Source: Thermoproteota archaeon
GTDB taxonomy: Archaea; Korarchaeota; JAOZGF01; JAOZFZ01
Direction of reading: 5' to 3'
DNA length: 64,000 bases
Assembly: GCA_027492035.1 (NCBI GenBank)
Contig: JAOZFT010000004.1
Span: 352,001-416,000 of the forward strand
The position numbers and the translations under genes were made by a program. The notes under the pieces were generated by a model. That model did not search any database and was not told the origin of the DNA. It saw only the letters and a program-made list of their open reading frames with translations. Numbering within the stretch: the first letter of the stretch is position 1; each line of letters begins with the position of its first letter. Positions 8,564-16,669 of this stretch are shown here, piece by piece.

Positions 8564-9505
8564 GTGTTTCAATCTATGTTGAAAGGAAAAGATTTTCTTT
8601 CTTTAAAAGATTTTTCAATAGAAGAAATCACTAAGCTATTGAGGTTATCAATCTCTTTTAAGCAAGAATTCCTAACCGGTAAAAGAGTAAGTAACATCTT
8701 AAAAAATAAATCTTTAGCTTTAGTTTTTGAAAAACCCTCTACCCGGACAAGGGTTTCCTTTCAAGTTGCAATAAATCAGCTTTCTGGTTACTCAATTTAT
8801 TTAGATAAGTCTTCCACCCAGTTGAGCAGGGGTGAAACGGTCAGCGACACAGGGAAGGTTTTAAGTAGGTACGTAGACGGCATAATAGCTAGGGTCTATA
8901 GTCACCAAACACTACTTGAATTGGCTAATTCTTCCACTGTGCCTGTGATAAATGCTTTATCAGATCTTTACCACCCCTGTCAAGCTTTAGCCGACTTGTT
9001 AACAATTATTGAAAAAAAGGGGAGGACGAAAGGAATAAAAATGGCTTATGTGGGGGACGGTAACAACGTTTGCAACTCTTTAATGATAGCTTCCTCTAAA
9101 ACAGGTATAAACTTAATGGTAGCCACTCCCCCCGGCTATGAACCTAAACAAGAAGTTATTGAGTTAGCAAATAAATTCTCAAGCGAGACAGGATCTAAAA
9201 TTAAGGTATCAAATTCTCCAGAGGAGGCAGTTACTGATGCAGAAGTGATTTACACAGATGTATGGGTAAGCATGGGTCAAGAAGAAGAAAAAGATAAAAG
9301 ATTGAGGGATTTTCAAGGGTTTCAGGTAAATAATGATTTGCTGAAATTTGCGAAAAAGGATTTTATTTTTATGCACTGCCTTCCAGCCCATAGAGGGTTA
9401 GAAGTGTCTTCAGACGTTTTAGACGACCCCTTACACTCTGTTGTTTTTGACCAAGCCGAGAACCGTCTACATACAGAAAAGGCAATTTTAAGTCTCTTGG
9501 TCTAG
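8564..9505 (+). CDS. argF: Ornithine carbamoyltransferase
   Basis: 'STRTR', 'HPCQ', 'WVSMGQE', 'HCLP', 'QAENR'. Confidence 0.96.
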   Translation: MFQSMLKGKDFLSLKDFSIEEITKLLRLSISFKQEFLTGKRVSNILKNKSLALVFEKPSTRTRVSFQVAINQLSGYSIYLDKSSTQLSRGETVSDTGKVLSRYVDGIIARVYSHQTLLELANSSTVPVINALSDLYHPCQALADLLTIIEKKGRTKGIKMAYVGDGNNVCNSLMIASSKTGINLMVATPPGYEPKQEVIELANKFSSETGSKIKVSNSPEEAVTDAEVIYTDVWVSMGQEEEKDKRLRDFQGFQVNNDLLKFAKKDFIFMHCLPAHRGLEVSSDVLDDPLHSVVFDQAENRLHTEKAILSLLV

Positions 9506-9601
9506 AACTTTCTTTATGTCGAAAGAAACATAAACAATTGTCAACCTATAATCTGTTTGATACTTGTTAAAAATTTAAAAAGAAGCCAACCCTTAAAAGT
9601 T

Positions 9602-9661
9602 TGAAACGTTTCACTTTTTAAAAAGAAGTTTCAAGAACTGAAACTACAATTCGGAAACCGA
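9602..9661 (+). promoter_or_regulatory. Three consecutive GAAAC-containing inverted repeats in the ftsZ leader
   Basis: TGAAACGTTTCA (9602-9613), AGTTTCA-N5-TGAAACT (9627-9645), TCGG-AAA-CCGA (9651-9661), downstream of a TTTAAAA box near 9574. Confidence 0.4.
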
Positions 9662-9684
9662 TGAATTTTTGATGGTGGAAAATA

Positions 9685-10746
9685 TTGAGAGAAAATCAGA
9701 AGAAATATGGTGTCACAAATAAAGAATTAGAGGAAATACTGAGTGAAAGCCGGGCGAAGCTGGTGGTTGTAGGTGTAGGAGGAGCAGGTGGAAACGTAGT
9801 TGACTTAATCAAAAAAAATAAACTGGAAGGGGTTGAAACAATCAGCATAAACACTGACGCACAAGACCTTCTTAAAATAAATGCTGACACTAAAATTTTG
9901 ATAGGGAAAAGAATAACTGGAGGTTTAGGAGCTGGCAGTGACCCAATTATTGGTGAAGCTGCGGTAAAGGAGGATGAAGAAGAAATAAGGGAGGCATTGG
10001 GAGGAGCAGACCTCACTTTCATAGTAGCTGGTTTAGGGGGTGGAACAGGCACAGGTGCAAGCCCTACAATTGCATCTTTAGCTAGGGAATCCGGTTCAGT
10101 TGTGATGACCATAGTTTTCTTCCCTTTCTCTGTAGAGGGAGCTAAAAGGCAGGAAATAGCTTTGAACAGTTTAAAAAACTTTTTAACAAATTCTGACACT
10201 TTCGTATTGATTCCCAACGACAAAATTCTTGAACTTAAACCAGGTATCTCCTTGAAAGAAGGCATCTACTACGCCAATAAAGCAGTGACAGACTTAATAA
10301 AAAACTTGGTTGAAATAATTGAAGCCCCCACCACCATAAATGTTGACTTCGCTGATTTAAGGACGGTGCTTGAAGAAGGGGGAATATCCACTTTTACTTC
10401 ACTTGAAATTAATGACTTTAATAAGTTAGAAGAAATAACTAAGCAAGTACTGATTAACCCCCTCATAGAAGTTGAAACCTCCGGAGGAAAAAAGGCGCTT
10501 TTATTTATTAAAACTTCGTCAAGTGTTGAAATAGAAAAAATCAGCAGTTTACTTGAAAGCGTAGTTTCCCAGCTTGATCCAAACGCCCAAGTAATATGGG
10601 GAGCAAACATCGTGGAAGATGACAGCTCCAAAACAAAAGTGTTCAGCATAATCACAGGCGTTAAACTTTTAAACATAAAGATTGAGGAGGTAGTTGCTAA
10701 ACCTAAACCTAGCATAGATTTAGGGATCGACCTTGAATCTCTTTAA
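9685..10746 (+). CDS. ftsZ: Cell division protein FtsZ (FtsZ1-type context)
   Basis: 'GVGGAGGN', 'NTDAQDL', 'GGGTGTG', 'INVDFAD'. Confidence 0.96.
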   Translation: MRENQKKYGVTNKELEEILSESRAKLVVVGVGGAGGNVVDLIKKNKLEGVETISINTDAQDLLKINADTKILIGKRITGGLGAGSDPIIGEAAVKEDEEEIREALGGADLTFIVAGLGGGTGTGASPTIASLARESGSVVMTIVFFPFSVEGAKRQEIALNSLKNFLTNSDTFVLIPNDKILELKPGISLKEGIYYANKAVTDLIKNLVEIIEAPTTINVDFADLRTVLEEGGISTFTSLEINDFNKLEEITKQVLINPLIEVETSGGKKALLFIKTSSSVEIEKISSLLESVVSQLDPNAQVIWGANIVEDDSSKTKVFSIITGVKLLNIKIEEVVAKPKPSIDLGIDLESL

Positions 10747-10767
10747 AAATTTAAGAGGGTTTTAAAG

Positions 10768-10956
10768 ATGTCTCTACCTAACAAAATTAAAGATTTCATT
10801 GTTCAATGTGAAAGAGCTCTGAAAAAAGCTTCTAAACCTGCAAGGAATGAATTTCTTAAAATTTCTGGGATTTGCCTTTTAGGATTAACTTTGCTTGGAG
10901 TGATAGGGTTAACTATTAGGTTAATAGCTAATTTACTTAGCGGTTCACCTGTGTGA
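10768..10956 (+). CDS. secE: Protein translocase SecE/Sec61 gamma
   Basis: 'ASKPARNEF' followed by a TM helix; context. Confidence 0.92.
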   Translation: MSLPNKIKDFIVQCERALKKASKPARNEFLKISGICLLGLTLLGVIGLTIRLIANLLSGSPV

Positions 10957-10963
10957 ATGTTCT

Positions 10964-11425
10964 ATGCCTAAAAAGAATAATTTTTATTTGGTAAGGGTAA
11001 CTAAGTCACAAGAAAACACAACTTCTTTAATACTTGCAAAAAGAGCTGAAAGAATGCGTGGAAAAATAAAATCCATAATTTCATTAGATGAGCTGCCGGG
11101 GTATGTCATAGTTGAAGCCAACTCCATAAACGAAGTTGATAAATTAATAACTAACGTTCCACACGTAAAAGGGAGAGTAGCCACCTTTCTTCAAGAGGAA
11201 GAAGTTGCTAAGTTATTAAAAAGAAAATCATACATTGAGGAACTGGAAATAGGGGATGTTGTTAAGTTAACAACTGGTCCATTTGAAGGTGAGAAGGCAA
11301 GAGTAGTGTCTATAAGTAAAAGTAGGGATGAGGTTACTGTGGAACTGTTTGAATCATTGGTTCCAGTCGCAATTACTGTGCCAGGTGACGCGGTCAAGAA
11401 GGAAAAACCTAAGGAGCAGGAATAA
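10964..11425 (+). CDS. spt5: Transcription elongation factor Spt5
   Basis: NGN 'LPGYVIVEA' and KOW 'GDVVKLTTGPFEG'. Confidence 0.95.
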   Translation: MPKKNNFYLVRVTKSQENTTSLILAKRAERMRGKIKSIISLDELPGYVIVEANSINEVDKLITNVPHVKGRVATFLQEEEVAKLLKRKSYIEELEIGDVVKLTTGPFEGEKARVVSISKSRDEVTVELFESLVPVAITVPGDAVKKEKPKEQE

Positions 11426-11586
11426 TCCTTGTTTAAAATGTGAAGAAAATTTTTCTTCTCCTTTAAAAGGGGAATGCTTTTTTGAAAGGAGAAGATTCAT
11501 TTTTTCCGGGATTTGGAAAATAAAAGGGTTCGTCAATAAATGGGAGTGTTTCGCAGGAGAGGAATTTTTAAGAAAGTGACTTGGGA

Positions 11587-12051
11587 ATGGAGAACATAAA
11601 AACAGTTAAATTGTTGGTGGAAGCAGGCAAAGCTTCAGCAGGTCCACCTTTAGGCCCTGCATTGGGCCAAATGAAACTAAACGTTAGTAAAGTAGTTGAA
11701 GAAATAAACAATAAAACAAAGAGTTTTCTGGGGATGAAGATCCCTGTCACTCTTTACGTAAATATGAAAACGCGTGAATATGAAATAGAAGTGGGTTTGC
11801 CTACCACTTCAGCTCTTCTCAAAAAAGAAATAAGTGAATCTGGTAAAGAAAAAAACGTTGAATTAAAGAAAGTAATTAAAATAGCTAAGGAAAAAATGGG
11901 GGACATGTTCGTTTCAGACTTAAAAGCGGCTGTTAAAACCGTGTTAGGTGTAGCTGTTTCAATGGGGGTTAAAGTTGACGGTAAATCCCCAAAGAAAGTT
12001 ATTAAAGAAATTAATGAAGGGTTACATGATTCTCTTCTAGAACTAGTTTAA
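11587..12051 (+). CDS. rpl11: 50S ribosomal protein uL11
   Basis: 'GKASAGPPLGPALG', 'SMGVKV'. Confidence 0.96.
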   Translation: MENIKTVKLLVEAGKASAGPPLGPALGQMKLNVSKVVEEINNKTKSFLGMKIPVTLYVNMKTREYEIEVGLPTTSALLKKEISESGKEKNVELKKVIKIAKEKMGDMFVSDLKAAVKTVLGVAVSMGVKVDGKSPKKVIKEINEGLHDSLLELV

Positions 12052-12084
12052 ATCTAGGTGAGAAAAAAAATTGAGGTGTTAATT

Positions 12085-12729
12085 TTGAGCCTTGGCGAGG
12101 AAGCACTGAAAAATGCAGTGGAGGAGGCTAAGAAAAATTCAAAGGAAAGGAACTTCACCGAAAGCATCGACTTAACAGTGGTGCTTAAAGGGGTAGATAT
12201 GAGAAAGACCACCAATAGGTTAAGTCAAATCTTGGAACTTCCATACAAACTTAATAAGAAAGTTGAAATTTGTGTAGTGGCTAAAGGAGACTTGGCTTTA
12301 AGAGCAAAGAAAGCAGGAGTTTTTACTCTTGACCCTGACGAAATCTCTTCCCTAGCCTCTAACCCTAGAAAAGCCAAGGAATTTGTGAAAAAATTCAACT
12401 TCTTTATTGTTCAATCCAATTTTATGCCTACTATAGGGAAATACTTAGGTAGGTTCTTAGGCCCAAGAGGAAAAACACCCATACCTTTCCCACCCACAGG
12501 AGACATAGAAAAAAGAATAGAGTCTCTTAGAAAATCAGTCAATTTATCCCTTAAGAAACAACCAGTTCTTCATGTTCCAGTCGGAACAAAAAACATGAAA
12601 ACAGAGGAAATAGTCAAAAACATTAAAGCAGTGCTTTCTCTTCTATCCACTAAGTTCGATCTGAAACATAACTTAAGAACCGTTCTAGTTAAAACAACAA
12701 TGGGAAAACCTGTTAAAATCTACCCGTAA
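12085..12729 (+). CDS. rpl1: 50S ribosomal protein uL1
   Basis: 'RNFTESIDL', 'LGPRGK', 'KTTMG'; TTG start after GAGGTG SD. Confidence 0.95.
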   Translation: MSLGEEALKNAVEEAKKNSKERNFTESIDLTVVLKGVDMRKTTNRLSQILELPYKLNKKVEICVVAKGDLALRAKKAGVFTLDPDEISSLASNPRKAKEFVKKFNFFIVQSNFMPTIGKYLGRFLGPRGKTPIPFPPTGDIEKRIESLRKSVNLSLKKQPVLHVPVGTKNMKTEEIVKNIKAVLSLLSTKFDLKHNLRTVLVKTTMGKPVKIYP

Positions 12730-12740
12730 GGTGAAAATTT

Positions 12741-13619
12741 TTGGAAAAAATCAAAAGAGAAATACTTAACAGAAAACACTCCCCACTTAAGGAAATGAAG
12801 GTAAAAGAACTTGAAAAATTAATCAACGAATATGATTCATTACTGATAGCAACTTATACAGGGTTCACTTCCAACTACTTTAAAGAAACAAGGAGAAGGT
12901 TAAAAGGTAAAGCTAGAATTAAGGTTTCAAAGAATACCCTGCTTCAAGTTGCGCTGTCCAAAGTTAAGCCTAATTATAAAGAAAAATTAAGTGAGTACAT
13001 GCATGGGCAGAATGTTTTTTTCTTCACAAATCTGCACCCCACTAAACTCTACTCTTACTTGAAAGAAAAACCAATGTCAATGCCTGTCAAAGCTGGGGAA
13101 ATAGCAACTGAAGACATCTCCGTGCCAGAAGGAATAACCGACCTTACACCCGGACCAATAATGACTAAACTAAGTGACCTAGGTGTAAAAACAAAAATTC
13201 AAGGGGGGAAAATATATGTTTTAGAGGAAAAAGTGATCGTGAGAAAGGGAGAAAAAGTTTCTAAGAATGCTGCAGATGTACTAGCTGCCCTGGGCATAAA
13301 GCCGGTGAAAGCTGTTTTTAAAGTTAAAGCAGCTATAGATAGAGAAGGAGTAATATATCCTCCTGAAGCAGTTGAAATAACCCCTGACTTGTTGAAGAAA
13401 AAAATACTGGAAGTTTTCAAAGAAAACTTAACTTTAGCTGTCTCTCAGGGAATACCCACCAAGTATTCAGCCCCTATACTAGTCTTCCAGGCATACCTTA
13501 AAAGCCTGAATCTTTCTGTCCAGCTTTCGATCCCTACAAAAAACAATGCTCCCTTCATAATAATGAAGGCGTTTGCCATAGCCAAAGAATTGGCTAGAAA
13601 CATACCCAGAAAGGAGTGA
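12741..13619 (+). CDS. rpl10: 50S ribosomal protein uL10/P0 lacking the acidic C-terminal tail
   Basis: 'VSKNTL', 'TDLTPGP', three stalk-binding helices; ends at 'NIPRKE'. Confidence 0.93.
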   Translation: MEKIKREILNRKHSPLKEMKVKELEKLINEYDSLLIATYTGFTSNYFKETRRRLKGKARIKVSKNTLLQVALSKVKPNYKEKLSEYMHGQNVFFFTNLHPTKLYSYLKEKPMSMPVKAGEIATEDISVPEGITDLTPGPIMTKLSDLGVKTKIQGGKIYVLEEKVIVRKGEKVSKNAADVLAALGIKPVKAVFKVKAAIDREGVIYPPEAVEITPDLLKKKILEVFKENLTLAVSQGIPTKYSAPILVFQAYLKSLNLSVQLSIPTKNNAPFIIMKAFAIAKELARNIPRKE

Positions 13620-13747
13620 ATCACGTGTTTTCCTCTTTTACTAAAAATTTCTCCTTTTAAAATTTCTTCAAAGTGCCTTCTATAAAGAAAAGTTTTTAAA
13701 TTCCTCTCCTGTGAAAGAAAAACAAGTAAGGAAATGGAGGTGAAAAA

Positions 13748-14059
13748 ATGAAGCAAAGTTATATTTACGCAGCTCTGCTACTTCACGAAGAAAAAAAGGA
13801 AATAACTCCAGACTCTATAATGGCTGTTTTGAAAGCTGCAGGAGCTGACCCGGAGGAAGCACTAGCAAAATCTGTAGCTGAATCCTTAAAAGACGTAGAT
13901 ATAGACAAAATAATAACTGAAGCTGCAACATTCACCCCTGTACAAGCCACTATGGCGACAACACCACAAGCCAAACCTGAAAAAACCGAGGAAAAAGAGA
14001 AAAAAGAGGAAAAGAAGGCTGAAGAATCAGTAGAGGGGTTAGCTGCCCTATTCGGGTAA
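13748..14059 (+). CDS. rpl12: 50S ribosomal stalk protein P1/L12
   Basis: 'YIYAALLLH', 'GLAALFG' C-terminus. Confidence 0.97.
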   Translation: MKQSYIYAALLLHEEKKEITPDSIMAVLKAAGADPEEALAKSVAESLKDVDIDKIITEAATFTPVQATMATTPQAKPEKTEEKEKKEEKKAEESVEGLAALFG

Positions 14060-14147
14060 AAAAAGTAAATCCTGTTAATGGATTTCCAGCAAGGCTTGCC
14101 TTTCCAAAAATTATTTAGTTCTTCATCTTTGCTGCGCCTATGAAAAA

Positions 14148-14234
14148 TGGGCCCGGCGGGATTTGAACCCGCGACCACCGGCTTTCCCCATTATTTAGAA
14201 GGCCGGTGCGCTATCCTGACTGCGCTACGAGCCC
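14148..14234 (-). tRNA. tRNA-Arg(TCT) with 12-nt intron at 37/38 (14184-14195)
   Basis: GGGCTCG/CGGGCCC+A; CCGGC-CT-TCT-A[AATAATGGGGAA]A-GCCGG; A20 present. Confidence 0.93.
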
Positions 14235-14539
14235 TTTGGTTCCTTTGCTTTTTACATTTCTCGAAAATACTCCCCTCCAGTAATAACTAAAAACCCTCTT
14301 TAAAATTTGTTTTGTTTTTAGGAGGAACTTTGTATTTTAAAATTTTTATGCAGGCGGTTTCGGGGGTTACATATTTCGTTGTCTATCGAAAATGAATTTT
14401 TCAATTCATTAAATAACCTTTAAAAAGAGAAAGCGATTGTAAAGGTAACAACTTCTCACAAAGTTTAGAAGTTAAGAGAATAGTTTTAAGGTGTTGTTGG
14501 GGAAGATGTACCTTTTTAAAAAAATGACGGTGTTTAGTA

Positions 14540-16615
14540 ATGGTGTGCAATAAAAAACTATTTCTTTTCGTGATTGTCTTTATTTCCTTTTTTGCTTTTA
14601 TGCCCTACGAAGTTAAACCCTTAAGGGTTGAAAAAAGGGTTAATTATTTGAATGGAAACTACCCTTTAGCTTTTAAAATAGAACCCAATAGTTCAGTCTC
14701 ATTTTTCGGTTATCGTTTCACCTATGAAGCATACACCTCTCTTCCCAAATATTACTTGAAATATGGAGAAGAAGGAACAAGTTCTTTTCTCCAAATTGAA
14801 TGGCCTTCAATGCAGTACAGTTTCCCTTGGCTAGAGGATAAATGGGTCCCCAGTCAAACAGCAACTTGTAGATTTCATTTCCAAATAGCGAAGAACATAA
14901 CCCAAGTAGGTCCTGTCTACTCTATTTACATTTACAACATTTCATTTGTGGGCTGTGAGCCCCCTGTCTATGACGTAACCTTAACCGTGGATAAACCCTC
15001 TATAAATCTGAAAAACCCGGGTGACACAGAAACTGTGAAGTTTACAGTTACCAACACAGGTAACTTAAAAATTGAAAATGTAAAGTTTAATTTAGACTAC
15101 ACCCCACTAGGTTACATATTGGTTGAAGGGGAAAGTGACGCAACTAACGGCGTTATTTCTTCTCTTGATGCAGGAGCATCTAAAACCTTTAAATATACTT
15201 TTAAATGTATGGTGGAGACTCAGCAATTTGCTTCAGTTACTTTTAAAGTGACATATTCTGCTTATACAGAAACAGTCTCTGTTTTAAACCAAATGCTTGG
15301 GAAAGCTACTGTTTGTAAAATGCTGGGATCCACTTCTAAATCCAAAGACGTTTATATAGCTTTAGGTAAGGCTCCTCAGCCTTATGAAAGACCGAACATG
15401 CAAATAACAATTACTCCTGTACCTAACCTTAAACCTGGAGGTTCAGCCCAAGTCACTGCCACTTTTGAAAACGTAGGTAACGGTTCAGCTTACAATGCCA
15501 GCGTCTACGTTGACGCCGCCCCCTCTGAATTAACTTTTGAATGGCAGGGTGAAAAATCAAATGCTTTAGGTTACTCAACACCTATCAGAGTTCAAGGAAA
15601 CACCCCAATACCTACCGCTTACACTCTCACTTTACCTTTCACTGTTTACGTCCCCGAATTCTTTGAAGGCAACTCTAAAACCTACACCATAAACGTGAAG
15701 ATCCGTTACTACAATAATAGAGGAGACTTTTTTGAAAGCCAAAAAAACACAACAGTCACCGTTATAAAACCTGGAAAACCAATGATTACGGTTCAGAAAT
15801 ATTTGTCGGCTTCCCAAATAAGTCTAGGTTCAACTGTAACCGTCACAATAGAAGTAGATAATATCGGGGAGGGGCCGGCATTAAATGTTGAAGTTCTCGA
15901 CTCGATTCCTGGCCAGTTCCAATTAACTTCAGGTAAATATCAGCAATCTTTCAGCAACATCCCTGCTGGAGGCAAGGAATCGTTCAGTTATGTTATTAAG
16001 GCTGTTGATGAGTTTGCAGGCCAAATCCCTTCTGCTGTAGTGAATTATAAAGATTCAGAGGGACATTCCGCTACAGCTAAATCTAACATTGCAACCATAA
16101 AAGTTGTTAAAGCATCCGTAACTGTAACTAAGCAATCTGCACCTAAAGAAATGGAAGTAGATGAAATATTTACTTTAGAATATGACATAACGAACAAAGG
16201 GTCTGGAGACGCCCGGGATGTAGTTCTACAAATAAATTACTCAAGAGGACTTGAGTTAATAAATATTGAGGGGCCGGGGGAAGAGGAATTAGGTAGAACC
16301 GTTAATTTAAGCCTTAAAAGACTTGAACCAAACCAGATAGTGACTCTTAAACTAAGGTTTAGAGGCATGTTACCTGGAAATCAAACAATATCTGTGGTTA
16401 AGAAAACATATAAAAGCCCTGACGGGTCTGTTCAGTTTTCAATGGTGGGTGAGAACCTAAACCACTATATCATAATAAAAACACCGTTCATGGTGCGAAG
16501 TATGCTGGTTTTGATGCTTGGATTCATGGTTATGGTTATCGAATATGCTGTGCTTTCAGCAACGTTCAAAATTACACAAGCAAAAGGGAAAAAGAAAAGG
16601 TTTAAATTAGGGTAA
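14540..16615 (+). CDS. Cell-surface protein with tandem Ig-like (CARDB/DUF11/BatD-type) domains, C-terminal TM and tail ending KLG
   Basis: Signal peptide; repeated 'TVTNTGN/ENVGNGSA/DNIGEGPA/TNKGSGDA' motifs; TM near the C-terminus. Confidence 0.7.
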   Translation: MVCNKKLFLFVIVFISFFAFMPYEVKPLRVEKRVNYLNGNYPLAFKIEPNSSVSFFGYRFTYEAYTSLPKYYLKYGEEGTSSFLQIEWPSMQYSFPWLEDKWVPSQTATCRFHFQIAKNITQVGPVYSIYIYNISFVGCEPPVYDVTLTVDKPSINLKNPGDTETVKFTVTNTGNLKIENVKFNLDYTPLGYILVEGESDATNGVISSLDAGASKTFKYTFKCMVETQQFASVTFKVTYSAYTETVSVLNQMLGKATVCKMLGSTSKSKDVYIALGKAPQPYERPNMQITITPVPNLKPGGSAQVTATFENVGNGSAYNASVYVDAAPSELTFEWQGEKSNALGYSTPIRVQGNTPIPTAYTLTLPFTVYVPEFFEGNSKTYTINVKIRYYNNRGDFFESQKNTTVTVIKPGKPMITVQKYLSASQISLGSTVTVTIEVDNIGEGPALNVEVLDSIPGQFQLTSGKYQQSFSNIPAGGKESFSYVIKAVDEFAGQIPSAVVNYKDSEGHSATAKSNIATIKVVKASVTVTKQSAPKEMEVDEIFTLEYDITNKGSGDARDVVLQINYSRGLELINIEGPGEEELGRTVNLSLKRLEPNQIVTLKLRFRGMLPGNQTISVVKKTYKSPDGSVQFSMVGENLNHYIIIKTPFMVRSMLVLMLGFMVMVIEYAVLSATFKITQAKGKKKRFKLG

Positions 16616-16669
16616 ACCATTTCTATAAAAAAATTTTAAAAGGAATTAAGACGTTCCTTAGGTTAACTT

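Larger units (their letters stand above)
11549..13716. repeat. 19-nt inverted repeat (11549-11567 / 13698-13716) flanking L11-L1-L10
   Basis: TTTCGCAGGAGAGGAATTT versus AAATTCCTCTCCTGTGAAA: 18 Watson-Crick pairs plus one G.U on the + strand RNA. Confidence 0.6.

Noticed and set aside
8489-9579. 12-nt inverted match TTTAAATTTTTA / TAAAAATTTAAA flanking argF
   Set aside because: It is explained by oppositely oriented BRE-TATA boxes of ftsY and ftsZ.
9696-10715. Long antisense ORFs opposite ftsZ, and similar ones opposite rrp41, uL4, tuf, gltX and infB
   Set aside because: They are shadows of conserved genes, with Ser/Phe/Leu-rich composition produced by codon bias and no motifs or SDs.
12114-12170. 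Resemblance to the Methanococcus L1 autoregulatory mRNA site (GTGGAG...CTTCAC)
   Set aside because: The inner stem is missing and the similarity follows from conserved amino acids.
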